Of a stretch of DNA of 64,000 bases, positions 25,566 through 36,367 are shown piece after piece; the first letter of the stretch is position 1; each line of letters begins with the position of its first letter. Source of the DNA: Chara braunii (Eukaryota > Plantae > Charophyceae); contig BFEA01000010.1 in NCBI GenBank assembly GCA_003427395.1, positions 2,894,235 through 2,958,234 of the forward strand. Reading direction: 5' to 3'. The notes below the pieces were generated by a model, which was not told the origin of the DNA, did no database searches, and worked only from the letters and a program-made list of their open reading frames with translations. Position numbers and translations under genes: made by a program.

Positions 25566-26771
25566 TTAGTTGCTTCCCTCACTAGTGTCACTCCCTTGCC
25601 CTTCCGCTTCGCCTCTTTCTTTTGAGCTCTCTTCCCCCTCACTTGATTCTTGTTCCTCACTATCACCCTCGGATTCTTCACTAGTCATGGTCCACCAAGA
25701 GTCGCGTACTCGTTTCTCTTTGCAAGCAGCTAACGCGAGGTTGGCAATCTCTAGATCGAAAATGCCCCTAATCAATTCTTGAGAACACCTTTTAATCAGA
25801 GCTCTATCCACCTCTTCGGCTTGCCCTTTAAACAGAGGCTTAATGAACTCCCCTACTAATGCCCACCACTCGAAGTCCGTATGCTCCCACGACTCCCAAC
25901 ACTGGGTGAATAACTCGTGTCCCTTCTCCTCTCCTAGGGGAAATTTTTCAATGACTTGTCCTCTATGCAGGACCTTCCTCACGGCTGCGTCGTCGGGGTA
26001 GAGCAACCGGTACGCCCAAGCCGGAATTTCCCAGGTCCGGTCGTGAGCCGCCCTAGGGACCTCTAGCCTCCCTCGGTACTCAACCCTATCTACCACGCGT
26101 CCTTCGGCGGCACCCCCTCTCAACCCCCTAAGCCGGTCTAGGGCTTTTCGGGCGATACCTAGAGGGTCCTTTCCTTCTGCTAACTCGGTCGCAAAGAACT
26201 GCCTATCGTCGTGAGACAATTTCAGCCCTTCACGTGCGGGTACCTCCCTCAAAAACTATCGAAAAACGAACTATCGTTTCCTGCCCGTAGATCTCGAAGA
26301 ACTCCGTAATAACCTCTCCTACCTCCCTATTCTTGGGGAGGGTTACTCTATACCTAGCCCCCGACTTCCAATCCCTCTCCAAGGTCCCGACAGGGCTTCC
26401 CCTGTCGTATCTCCCGTCCTATCCCAGAAACGGGCCTCAACAAGGTGCAACCTGGCTTTGAAGGGAGACCCGAGCCACCTAGAGTCCTCAAACTTTGTCT
26501 CGACCTCAAGCAAGGGTTCTCTCCAAGTCCTAGAGAACCGTACTTCCCCCGCCTTACTAACAAAAACCGAAAACTTCGCTTACGCGCTCCAGGATCTCCT
26601 CTTCCACAAAGCTAACCGTCGGATCTCGACAAGGAACTCCTTAGCTCGAGCCTCCTGGTTCTCTCCGAGACCCGGGCTAAGTTCCGCCCCCCTTTCTACC
26701 TCGACCTCGGGGCCGTCATCCCGCGTCTCTAATTCCCAGGCTATTGAGTCAGAGGCGAAGGTAGCTCTCAT
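25566..26771 (-). pseudogene. accessory paralog P5 (unknown domain plus acidic tail); 2 stops and 1 frameshift
   Basis: ATG 26771; LKLSHDDRQFFATELAEGKDPLGIARKALDRL aligns with P4 ILLSKEGFLEVVRSLKLGEDPLLYARAVQDRL; EVPRA and LFTQC motifs. Confidence 0.7.
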
Positions 26772-26773
26772 GC

Positions 26774-27710
26774 CTATCTTCCTCCCGAGAGCAGCTCCTC
26801 CTTCAATTCGTCGAAGATCTCAACTGTGGTGGTCTCAAGTTATTTGATCTTGCACAAAGATCTTGGCCTTGCCCTTCTCTCCTCTTCCCAGCAAAGGGTC
26901 AGGATTCTATACACTTCTGCCCTCACCCTCTCTAGTCCCACTAGTTCTCTGGTGTCAGGCTCCCTCATGCCTCAGGTTCCTTTGCCAACACGCAATTGCG
27001 ATCCGAATTAGATCCGAGGGGTCCCATCCTTCTAACCCCGCCTCACAGATCTCCCCCAAGTACCTCCACGAAATGGTCGATGCCCTTACGTGTTGGCCCC
27101 AGCCTTCAAAGGCGTAGCCCAGGTCCTCTAGTGACGACCCATTGTCTTGGTACGGATTTCGAAGGCACCACGATAACAGGGCGTGCAGGTCTGATCCCGT
27201 GAACCGAAATTGGTTCAAGATCAAGATCCTACGCTCTATTGCCCTCTTGACCGCTTCGGAGGGGTAGACCCACTCAAGGATGAAACGAGGGACTCCTACG
27301 GGGTCACTGGCGACAAATAGCGGTACCTCTTCCCAACCCTCGTACGTCACTTGATATATCCTTTGGTACCTCTCTCTAGCACTCACCTCCTCCACTAGTC
27401 TCTCTAGACGGTCTTGTACCGCTCGCGCGTATAAGAGCGGGTCTTCCCCCAACTTCAAACTCCGGACTACCTCTAGGAAACCCTCCTTCGAAAGGAGTAT
27501 CTTGGCTTCCCCAATCACCAACCCCTCCTCGCTACTCACTGACAACCGAATGAACGCCTTCCCTCGGCGGATTTCGGACACTTCCCTTCGAATGGTTCTC
27601 GTCGGACCCTCCAGGCTCGTCTTTGGTAATGTGATGTGGACANCCNCCCCCGCCTCTTCTACAGGCTCTATCGAGGCCCAAAGAGTTCCGAAAATTCCCC
27701 TTATCATCAC
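26774..27710 (-). pseudogene. accessory paralog P4 (unknown domain plus helical tail); 1 frameshift and 1 stop
   Basis: 251-aa ORF 26955-27710; tail in another frame ends LLSGGR-TAG 2 nt before the P5 ATG. Confidence 0.7.
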
Positions 27711-27737
27711 CTCGTCCGAGCCTCGTACCCCCTCCGG

Positions 27738-28468
27738 TTAGTCTTGCTCTTCCCCAAAGGGGCGGGCATATGGGACATCAACAACGTGAGCTCTCACCCC
27801 CTCAAACTCCCTTAACCTTTCGAATATAGGTGCTAGCTCTCTCCTAGGGGGAGCCCCAGCGTCGACACACCGAGTGTAGAGCCAAAATAGCCCTTGCGTC
27901 CGCACCCCGAATTGTTGCGGGCTTCGGAGTATTTCTAACACTCTCCCTTCCGGATCCTGTAGGAGCGATCGCACCAGGAATTCGGGCAAGGCAGCGTGGA
28001 GCACCCTGGAAGCTCGAGGGACTTCGCCTGGCTCGGCGAAGGACACCTGCGTCCACGACTTGAAAGTCCCTTCTTCGTAACTGCTTAGTGCCAGATCGTT
28101 CGCTACCTTCCTTGCGAGCTCAAGGTACTCCGTATGAGTCTCTAAACCGGTCACTAAACCCTTCCAAATTTCGGTCCACGAACCTTCGTCGAGGAATACC
28201 GTAGCCTGAAACTCTAGGAACCGTCCACGGTGAGGCGGACCTCCCCTCTGCACCCCTTCCTTCCAGGTGAGTCGACGAGCTCGAACCCACGCGTAAGCAC
28301 CTTCTCTGATGTTCTCTCCTTCTCAACACTCGACCAGTAGGGAGTTACGCGAGGGTGGTTGCACTGGGAGCCAGTGCTTGTTATATCACCAGGGATCAAG
28401 AACTGGCCTCTGTCACCGACCTCTATCGTTTTTACCACTCCGTTTTCACTGAGCGCAAACCTTACCAT
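27738..28468 (-). pseudogene. accessory paralog P3 (unknown domain); 1 frameshift near 28325
   Basis: MVRFALSENG..YWSSVEK / GENIREGAYAWV..QATVFLDEGSWTE..GEVPRAS..GLFWLYTRCVD. Confidence 0.75.
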
Positions 28469-29132
28469 CTACCGACGTTGTTTTGAAGACCCACTCGCGG
28501 TACTTCTCAGGTGAGAAGGCGACAGACTTTTCCAGAGACCCAAGTCTCCTAAAAATACCCCAGAGTTTCCTTCGCTAAGGGATTCCCTGGTCGATACAAT
28601 GAGTGTACAGTACCCACAGAGCCCTAAATGGTAGGCCTAAACTTCTTCCTCCCTCCAAGAGTCTTACTACCCTATCCTCGTCTGTGCTCAAGAACACAAA
28701 GCCCGGGGCCCTTATGATTACCAGATAACTCGCCCTCGGGAGCTCACCTGCCCGAGCGAACCTTTCCACCTCTATCGCCACAAAGCTAAATCCCCTCCGG
28801 GTCCTAATTATCCACCTTCTCCTCACTGCTCTTACTTCTTGGATCAATAGGTCCAGCCCACCCCCTTGGCCTAAGACCAGGGGTACTGCAACCTTTGCCC
28901 AAGCGCCCGGCTCGACGAAGATTATCACAGTGACTTTGAGATGCACCTCAGTCGCTCCATCCCTTACTTCTTCCGACTCTATCCACACGAAATTCCCGCC
29001 GACCGTGATTTCTCCACCTTCCAACCTCCTCCAATCGGGGACTGCCCCGTTGCTCGGAACCAAGCTATGAACCCCTCGCTCGTCTAAGGGGGATTCGACA
29101 AACTTACCGAGGTCCTTGTCAAAAAGAATCAT
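28446..29132 (-). pseudogene. accessory paralog P2 (unknown domain); 1 internal stop at 28575
   Basis: VTVIIFVEPGAWAK..GELPRAS..LGLPFRALWVLYTHCID; frame stays open past the TAG and stays similar to P3 (RRKLWGIFRRL vs RRELAPIFERL). Confidence 0.75.
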
Positions 29133-29137
29133 TCATG

Positions 29138-29879
29138 CTAACCTACCTTTTGGCGGACTCCAAATACACTTCGATAAGGGTAGCCTCTTCCGCCTTCACG
29201 GTCTCGCTCCGATTCCAGAGAGATCCTTTCTCGGATCCGATCGGCCCTGACTCTGTATGGCACTGGGTTGTCCACACAATAGGAGTAGAACCAATGAAGC
29301 GAACGAAAGGACAACCCTCTCCTTTTCTCCCGCCTTATAGACCACGACCTTCTCGTACTCGGCCCTCTCTCCACACACTCTCCTGAAGACGTAAGCCGGA
29401 AATATGGCTTCGACGCAACCCGTAGCATGAGGGTATTCCTCGTCCCGAGCACAAGTCACTCGCAAACGGAACGGCAGGTTGTGCCGAAGGCGTACCTCCT
29501 CGAAGATCTGTTTAAGAATAGGCCCCACGCGTACCTCCCAATGGTCCGCCCGATACCACCCCAATGCCCAGTGGGTGACGTACTCTACCCAGGCCTCCTG
29601 ACTCAAGTAGATCGTGCCCTCAGCACGAACCGCCGCTCGTCGAGCCTTTCCCCCGTTCGCAGGTCTACTCTTGGTCCACTGATCTCCTTCCCAAATATCT
29701 ACAGCAAATCGCGCCCAGAGAAAAAATCCCTTTTCGAGTTCTAGGCCTCTCTCGCGTCCGACTAAATATCTCTCCGTACAATGGTCTAAAGGGACGCTGA
29801 AGCACTCCCTCTCCTTGTCGAGGTCGGCCTTTTCGATTTGGACCCTACCGTCGCCAGTCGCCTCTACAATCCTGACCAT
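29138..29879 (-). pseudogene. accessory paralog P1 (unknown domain); 1 frameshift
   Basis: MVRIVEATGDG..KGFFLWA..EGTIYLSQEAWVE..EYPHATG, then in the second frame GLSFRSLHWFYSYCVD. Confidence 0.75.
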
Positions 29880-30573
29880 GGACCACCTCCTCGATGATTC
29901 CTACTAACACCTTCCAACCGTCCGACCCGTCGAGATAGGCCTCTGGCATAGTCGGGGTGGGTCGCTCTCCTTGTCGGAAGGTCCGGTAACCCAATGTGTA
30001 GAAGTACCGGATCCCGTAATTTCCTAAAAGTTCCCTTTCTAGCTGAGCGTAGCTAACAACCTCTTCCCAGCTACTGAGGAAGTCTTCCCCTCGATCCGAA
30101 CCTTCCTCTACATAGAGCGCTATATCAAAATCCCCGGTCCATAGATAAAAGTTGTAACACCATACGTCTATATCCCCACAACTACCCACGCTAATGCCCG
30201 TCGGCTCAGACTCCAAAACTCCTAGGCTCCCCACTATCTCCTCTATGATCGCGACCAATACTCTCCACCCGTCCGACCCGTAGAGATAGGCGTCCGGAAT
30301 CACTGGCGTAGGTCGACCGCCCCTAGGATAAGTCCGGTACCCGAGAGAGTAGAAGTATCGAAACCCGTATCCTCGCAGCTCCCCTCTTTCCATACGAGAG
30401 TGGTCGGCCGCCTCCTCCCATCCGCGAAGGAAATTTTCCCCCTGATCTTGCCCTTCCTCTACATAGATGGCAATGTCGAAATCTCCCGTCCACAGACGAA
30501 AGGTGTAGCACCACACGTCGACTCCACCGTGACTACTCACACTAATCCCTTCCGAGACCGCCTCTAAGCTCAT
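29845..30573 (-). CDS. accessory ORF0, intact 242-aa protein made of two ~117-aa repeats; function unknown
   Basis: DVWCYxFxLWTGDFDIAxYVEEG..YGxRYFYxLGYRT..PTPxxPxAYLxGSDGWxVLVxIIEExV occurs twice with mostly conservative substitutions. Confidence 0.8.
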   Translation of the reverse strand: MSLEAVSEGISVSSHGGVDVWCYTFRLWTGDFDIAIYVEEGQDQGENFLRGWEEAADHSRMERGELRGYGFRYFYSLGYRTYPRGGRPTPVIPDAYLYGSDGWRVLVAIIEEIVGSLGVLESEPTGISVGSCGDIDVWCYNFYLWTGDFDIALYVEEGSDRGEDFLSSWEEVVSYAQLERELLGNYGIRYFYTLGYRTFRQGERPTPTMPEAYLDGSDGWKVLVGIIEEVVHGQDCRGDWRR

Positions 30574-32320
30574 ACATCCTACTCAAAGAAGGTCCTTTTT
30601 GTCACCCTAACTTTAGGTCACTCGAGAGACCAGCCCTACCCTGCAAGGAGAAGGTGCCTGTGAGCTCAGCAGGATCAAATGGACCAGAGAAGGAACGCCG
30701 TCTCACTCGGCTACCTTCTTGTCCTCCCCTGCTGAGAGGTCCTCCCACTTCCATGTATAGAAACTAGCCGCGAACACAGGTTATCCCCGAAGAGGGGTGC
30801 CAACCCCCTCTCCGTAGTTGGACCGTAGTCACACACTCGTGCCCTACGTCCCCCACCGAACCGACCCCTAGTCCTAAGTTAGCCTATCCGGCACCACGCC
30901 CCTACTCGGCCCCCCTCGAGCGTGGAATTACCCGGGTTCCAGGACTTTATCCGCCTATCGATCAATGATCACTAGCCTGTCAACTCCCTCCCATTCTTCT
31001 CCTTATATCATGAACTCTTCTCACTTCGTTCCCTTCTTCCTATTCGCCTCCGTCGAACTCTTTTCTCTCTCGGAATCGGAGAATTTAATCGAGGTCTTCA
31101 CACAAAAGGGTGGGGAATTAGAACTTTAGAAAGAGAGTCTCTCAAGTTTGGCCACTTTAAATACGTACCTTGTAGTCTTCGACCTTTTTAGAATTCGTTC
31201 TCGTAGTCCTAGTAGTCCCCGAGATCCGAGTCCGAGAAATCGGCTAGACACCGGTCCACCCAAGAGTCGGCCTCCGATTCGTCGTCCAAGGTGCCCCACA
31301 TATCTCTCCTCTCTTCTTCTCGAATTAGCCCCCTACCCCCTCCGTTCTCAACGGCGGCTGGAGTTCCCTCGACCCTTTGCCCCGGAACCCGAAGCACTAC
31401 CCTTCTCGCTCCCGAGTCCCGAACAGCACCCGTTTGAGAATTTCGCTCCCTCGAGGGAGTCGTGTCCCGCGCGAGTCCCGTCCACAATCCGCGTGGGTCG
31501 AGAACAGAGAACCCTGCCCCCTCTCGAGAAGCCTGTTCGCCCGCGGGAATTTCGTCCCGTGCGGGTGACGTCCACAACCCGTGTGGGTCGAGGATATTTG
31601 GCAAGCCTCTCTCCCTTTGGACCAACCCTCTTGGATCCCAAACAGATGGCGTCCAAGGACCCTCTCGAACCGCCCTTTCCTCTCTTCCCCAAGCGTTCAC
31701 TCTCTCTTCCCCACGTGCGGACCCACTCACACAATTTCCCCGCACGACTCTTCTTCCCCCCCTTAGATTGTTTTTCACCCTCATTCAAGCCCCACAAGCA
31801 AACTGTTTCACCCTCTTAATTTGAGAATTTTGTTTTTTTTTTGAAATAAACACACATAAAAATTATCACACTACCCAGCAAGAGTCTGACCTGGATTTTT
31901 GGAAGGAGCAAGTGGGGCCGAAGTCGCAAGTGGGGCCGGCGCGGACCTGCAAAACCAAGAGAACCGAACACCCCAAGCCCCTCGCACCCAAGCAACCCAG
32001 TAACCCCTTCCACACGGAAAACAAGACCTCAGACAAACACACGCCCCGACGCTGCCTGAAGCCACCCAAAAGGCACCGGGGACCTTGGAATGCCAAAAAA
32101 AAAGGTCGATGCCGAAATACCGTCGAAATAATCGATGCCGAAAACGAAACGGCCGTAGAAACTGATGCCGATATAATGCCGTCGAAACATTTGACGCCTA
32201 AACGAACTTGTCGAAGAAACTGATGCCGATACCAAAAAAAATGCACCCTCCACCACCTGTCAGGCTCGTCCTCCCTCACACCGCGGTCCTTGAGCCAACC
32301 GAGACCGCGGGAGAATGCTC

Positions 32321-32339
32321 ATCCCCGGCAACGGCGCCA
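32321..32339 (-). promoter_or_regulatory. primer binding site complementary to plant tRNA-Asp
   Basis: Minus strand TGGCGCCGTTGCCGGGGAT, 3 nt from the 5' LTR; same PBS type as Athila-like elements. Confidence 0.9.
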
Positions 32340-32342
32340 CTT

Positions 32343-33060
32343 TGTCAGCAAGCTCCCTCCTTCGATCACCACCAGTTGCTGCTGGTCCGACTGCTGGTAG
32401 TTCGGGGGGGCGCTCCCTTTTAGCGACGCCTCCCGTGACGGCAGCTGCCTGTCTTCCTTCTGGTCTCTGGCAGCTTTCGGCCCTCTGGTTGTCTCCAAGG
32501 GAGCCCGTTCTCGGAGCGGTACTTGCTAAAAAACAGCTTTTCCCAGTGCACCCTGACAGAACTGCGATTCGCAAAAGAAGGAGACCCCGACCGAACTCGG
32601 TTTTCCGAAGAGACTGACAGAACTACGACCTTGCAAAAGAAAGTGGACCTGGACCGAAACCAGTTTTCCCAAGTGGGCTCAACAGAACTGCGAGTTCGCA
32701 AGAGAAGCAGGCCCAGACCAAGCTCAGTTTTCCCAAATGGACCGTAAGAGAACAACAGAACCGTGGTTTTTGCAAAAGAAGTGTACCCCGACCGGAAACA
32801 ATTTTTTTAAAATGGACCCTAAGAGAACAACAGAACTACGATTTCGCGAAAGAAGTGGACCGAACCGAAATCGGTTTTTCCAAATGGACCCGGAAGAGAA
32901 CAACAAAACTTAGATTTCATAAAAGCAGTAAGGGTCGCCAACAGCGTTTCGATCGGGACTCAGAAGTTCGTTGCGAACGTAACGCTTCCCCCCCACCGAG
33001 CCAGAAGCCCCGATATGCCTCCCTTCCCCGCCGTGAAGCCGATATCTTTCTCTCTCTCTC

Positions 33061-33139
<79 letters not shown>

Positions 33140-33499
33140 NNNNNNNNNNNNNNNNNNNNNNNNNNNNNNNNNNNNNNNNNNNNNNNNNNNNNNNNNNNNN
33201 NNNNNNNNNNNNNNNNNNNNNNNNNNNNNNNNNNNNNNNNNNNNNNNNNNNNNNNNNNNNNNNNNNNNNNNNNNNNNNNNNNNNNNNNNNNNNNNNNNNN
33301 NNNNNNNNNNNNNNNNNNNNNNNNNNNNNNNNNNNNNNNNNNNNNNNNNNNNNNNNNNNNNNNNNNNNNNNNNNNNNNNNNNNNNNNNNNNNNNNNNNNN
33401 NNNNNNNNNNNNNNNNNNNNNNNNNNNNNNNNNNNNNNNNNNNNNNNNNNNNNNNNNNNNNNNNNNNNNNNNNNNNNNNNNNNNNNNNNNNNNNNNNNN

Positions 33500-33583
<84 letters not shown>

Positions 33584-35922
33584 AGTCGCTCCGCCCTTCC
33601 TTCTTCCTCTCTCTCCCTTTCTTCGACTTATACCTAGTCCCCTCCGTCCGTCCTCCCTTGATTTCGGGCGGGGTCGCCAGCCGGCGCCCCTCCTTACCTG
33701 AGCTCGATCCTTCGAACTCCGGGGGTCCGTCGTCTGTCGGGACGCGGAGGTCTGCCCCTCGCTCCTCTTCTGGGGAGATGGTCGTTCACTTGCTGGTGCG
33801 CTGTCCAATGTCCCTTGTGCGCCTCTCTCTCTCAGTCGGCCCAGCCGCTACCTGCGATCGTTCTCCGGAGCCATACCCCCCCCCTTCACGACGCGAGTAC
33901 TCGATTCCTCTCTCTCTCTACATGCTCGTTGATGGCGGACGCGGAGACACGAACGCCTTCTCCCACCTGCTCGCGGTTTCACTCCCTATCTGCGCGATGG
34001 TGGCCCTAGCGTTCTGCCCCTCCCTCTCTCTCTCCCTCACTCTCCCTCTAATACACTGGCCAAGCTCGTCCACGGCGCGTAGGTCCTCGTGTGCCTCTCC
34101 CTCTTGCTCGTAGTTTGTTCTCCCGCCTCGTGCGTCGACCGCCCGTCAGTGAGCACTTTACGCCTTCCTATCTCCCTCGCTCACTCTCTCTAGTGCGCTG
34201 ATCGCACGCGTCTGCGGCCGCGAGTCCTCGAGCGCCCCGAACGCACGCGCGTTCCGTAGGATTTTTTCTCCCCCCCTCCCCCTCTTTTCCCTCTTCCTTA
34301 TATACCGGTTGCTTCCCCGAGTTCTCTCCTTCCCGATCCTCGTCCTCGCGTTACGCCCAGGCCTGTCGGCGCTATTCTACAAATTTCTGAATTTTTCGCT
34401 CTTTCCTGCCATATTCTTCTCTTCCCACCTCGCAATCCATCGCCTGTCTATTCTAGCCAATAGCAGTGCGTCTCCACTCCTCTCCTCGGATTTCCACCCC
34501 ACAAGGCCGCGCAGGAAGGACTCGCGATCGCGCGTCCCAGTTCCCGCCGCTTGCCCCGTCTCCGTCGGCGGACTCACACACTAACAGCTCCCCCTCTCTC
34601 GCGGCTGACAGTTATCATGAACCCGTCTCGCGCTCTTTCTTGGGGTAACCCTTTATTCGAAGTCTCCTTCCCCCCTCCCACGTTCGTATTCTTGTTTTCC
34701 CACATTCTTCTCCCCCTCCCTCTGTGTGTTATCTCGCCATCCCATCGCCAGTTAAGCCTGACACTTGGTCGGCTTCGCCACCTATCCCCCCTTTCCTCAT
34801 TATGCAGCCTGCTGTCGTCCCTAAATCTTTCTCCATTCGTCAAGGCGGCCTGGCCGATCGTTCTCTATCCCCTCCAACTCATCCTTTGGCCGATCCTTCC
34901 TTACGTTCGCTTCACCCAATGGCGACGCGAAGCTGCCCGCCTCTCGGATTCAGCTTCACCCAAGCGCTCAACCACCTCGCTCGTGGCCCACCTCTTCAGC
35001 CCAGCTTCAGCGTTCGTAACAGTTGACGAGCGCGCTCCTCCTCTCAACCGTCGTCTCTCCGTTTGCCGGGTCGATCTTCTCTTCCTCCCTCAGCCGTCAA
35101 TTCGCGCAGTCCCCTCCTTTCCTCATTCATTTTCCCTCCATACAAGGTTCTCAGCCGTTGAAGCTAGTATTCGACTAGCTCGATCATTCAGTCGGCCACC
35201 CCTCCCAACTCTGTCTTGCACATACACCCCGAGTCGTCGGGTCACATCGGTTACCCCGCTGCCTGCTCCAGAAGTTCTTTGACGGATCAAACCTACCCAC
35301 CGAGCGACGATGTTTGGGTCGGGGCTGGTCACGCAGCACTGTTTGGGCCAGCCCTAGTGTACCAAAGCCGACCCTAGAGTGGCAGCCATAACGACTTGTG
35401 TACAGTCAAGGGTGACTGCCTCGAGGCCTGCGGCCCGTCCCTATCTGGCGCAGCGAAGTCGATCACCCTTCTCCTTGAGGCGCCCTCCGCCAACCCAGCA
35501 TCCTTGGATTTCACACCTTTCGTATGTGGCGGTCCCTCGGCCGGCTCAATTGCCTCCCCACGTTCCGTCAGGACGACCCCGCAGCTGCGTGCAGCCAAAA
35601 TAAGCAGCCCATCTCCGCACCCAATTTCTTCTCGGTTTCCCCCTTGATCTTATGTCGGCCGCCTTCACCCCTATTCTTCTCGCGCCACGTCGGACTCCCA
35701 GATTTTAGTCTTTTTCTGGCACCGCTTACGACCTTGCGTTGATTGCCTTCATCCCTGCTTGCTTAACATTAGTGGAAGTCAAACGGAACCCCAAGGTTTC
35801 CCCAAACCCCTCAGGTCTCACGCATCAACGCATCCAGTCATGCAAAAACAAAAGGAACATGTCCAAAAAAAAATTGAGTTTAGCAAGAAGTGTGCGATCG
35901 GCTGGTAGGCAGCCGCCCGACA
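32343..35922 (-). repeat. element B 5' LTR (~3.6 kb including a gap)
   Basis: repeat of 15629-18666 plus 619 extra nt (34813-35431). Confidence 0.95.
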
Positions 35923-35926
35923 GCGC

Positions 35927-36363
35927 TGCTACTGGTCTACATTGTTGACGTGGCATTGTCCACGCTGTCTACATGAAGTGATTGGTTGCGAGGAGGAAGA
36001 TCGGGATTTGTGGTTGAGGGAGAACGAGTACTCACCTGGGTTTGATGTCAATACTGGAATCTGCAATGTCTTCATGGTCTTCATGATATTGAGTGCCACG
36101 TGGCACTTCCGTGTGTGATCAGGAATATACGTATTATCATTGTCGATGTGAAGAGGGGAGAAGCCCGGAGAAGGAGAGGGTCAACAGGGATTATTGTCTG
36201 ATTCTTCATCTTCTCCTTTGTTTGTTCCCCCTCCCCTTTCTTCTATTGATGATAATGAGATACGGTTTGATATATTTCTTCACGAATTGGAGACTTTGAT
36301 GCATATACCGACTCTACAAGTATTGGACGACTTCGGACTATCTGTAAGACCGGGTTCATTACA
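35927..36363 (+). repeat. element A 3' LTR, right fragment
   Basis: matches ~8025-8420 and ends gggttcattACA. Confidence 0.93.
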
Positions 36364-36367
36364 TTCG

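Larger units (their letters stand above)
15629..35922 (-). mobile_element. element B: giant (20.3 kb) non-chromovirus Ty3/gypsy element with a multi-ORF accessory cassette upstream of gag
   Basis: Ends TGTCGG...CCGACA; flanks GCGT/GCGC (4-bp TSD; the intact A LTR reads tgtaGCGCtgctac); two long LTRs, Asp PBS, PPT, gag-pro-RT-RH-INT order. Confidence 0.95.
7357..36363 (+). mobile_element. element A: full-length decayed chromovirus-type Ty3/gypsy element (~8.7 kb without nested B)
   Basis: 5' LTR 7357-8420, PBS 8424-8435, gag-pro-RT-RH-INT-chromodomain, 3' LTR 14997-15628 plus 35927-36363; flanks TTTG/TTCG fit a 4-bp TSD with one CpG transition. Confidence 0.93.

Noticed and set aside
23139-25782. 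Plus-strand Ser/Pro/Leu-rich ORFs (214 aa, 229 aa and others)
   Set aside because: Antisense shadows of the purine-rich gag-pol strand
29880-29892. Perfect Shine-Dalgarno (AGGAGGT) before P1 as evidence of bacterial or phage origin
   Set aside because: It coincides with the Glu-Glu-Val codons of ORF0, and the cassette is inside an LTR element with the same strand composition as gag-pol; not enough to claim prokaryotic origin
31148-31824. Overlapping ORFs on both strands in B's leader, including a 191-aa minus-strand ORF
   Set aside because: GC-rich repetitive leader with non-ATG starts and no motif support; a seventh accessory ORF cannot be excluded but is unsupported
32321-32339. tRNA gene
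   Set aside because: Only the 3'-terminal 19 nt including CCA match; this is a PBS with no cloverleaf
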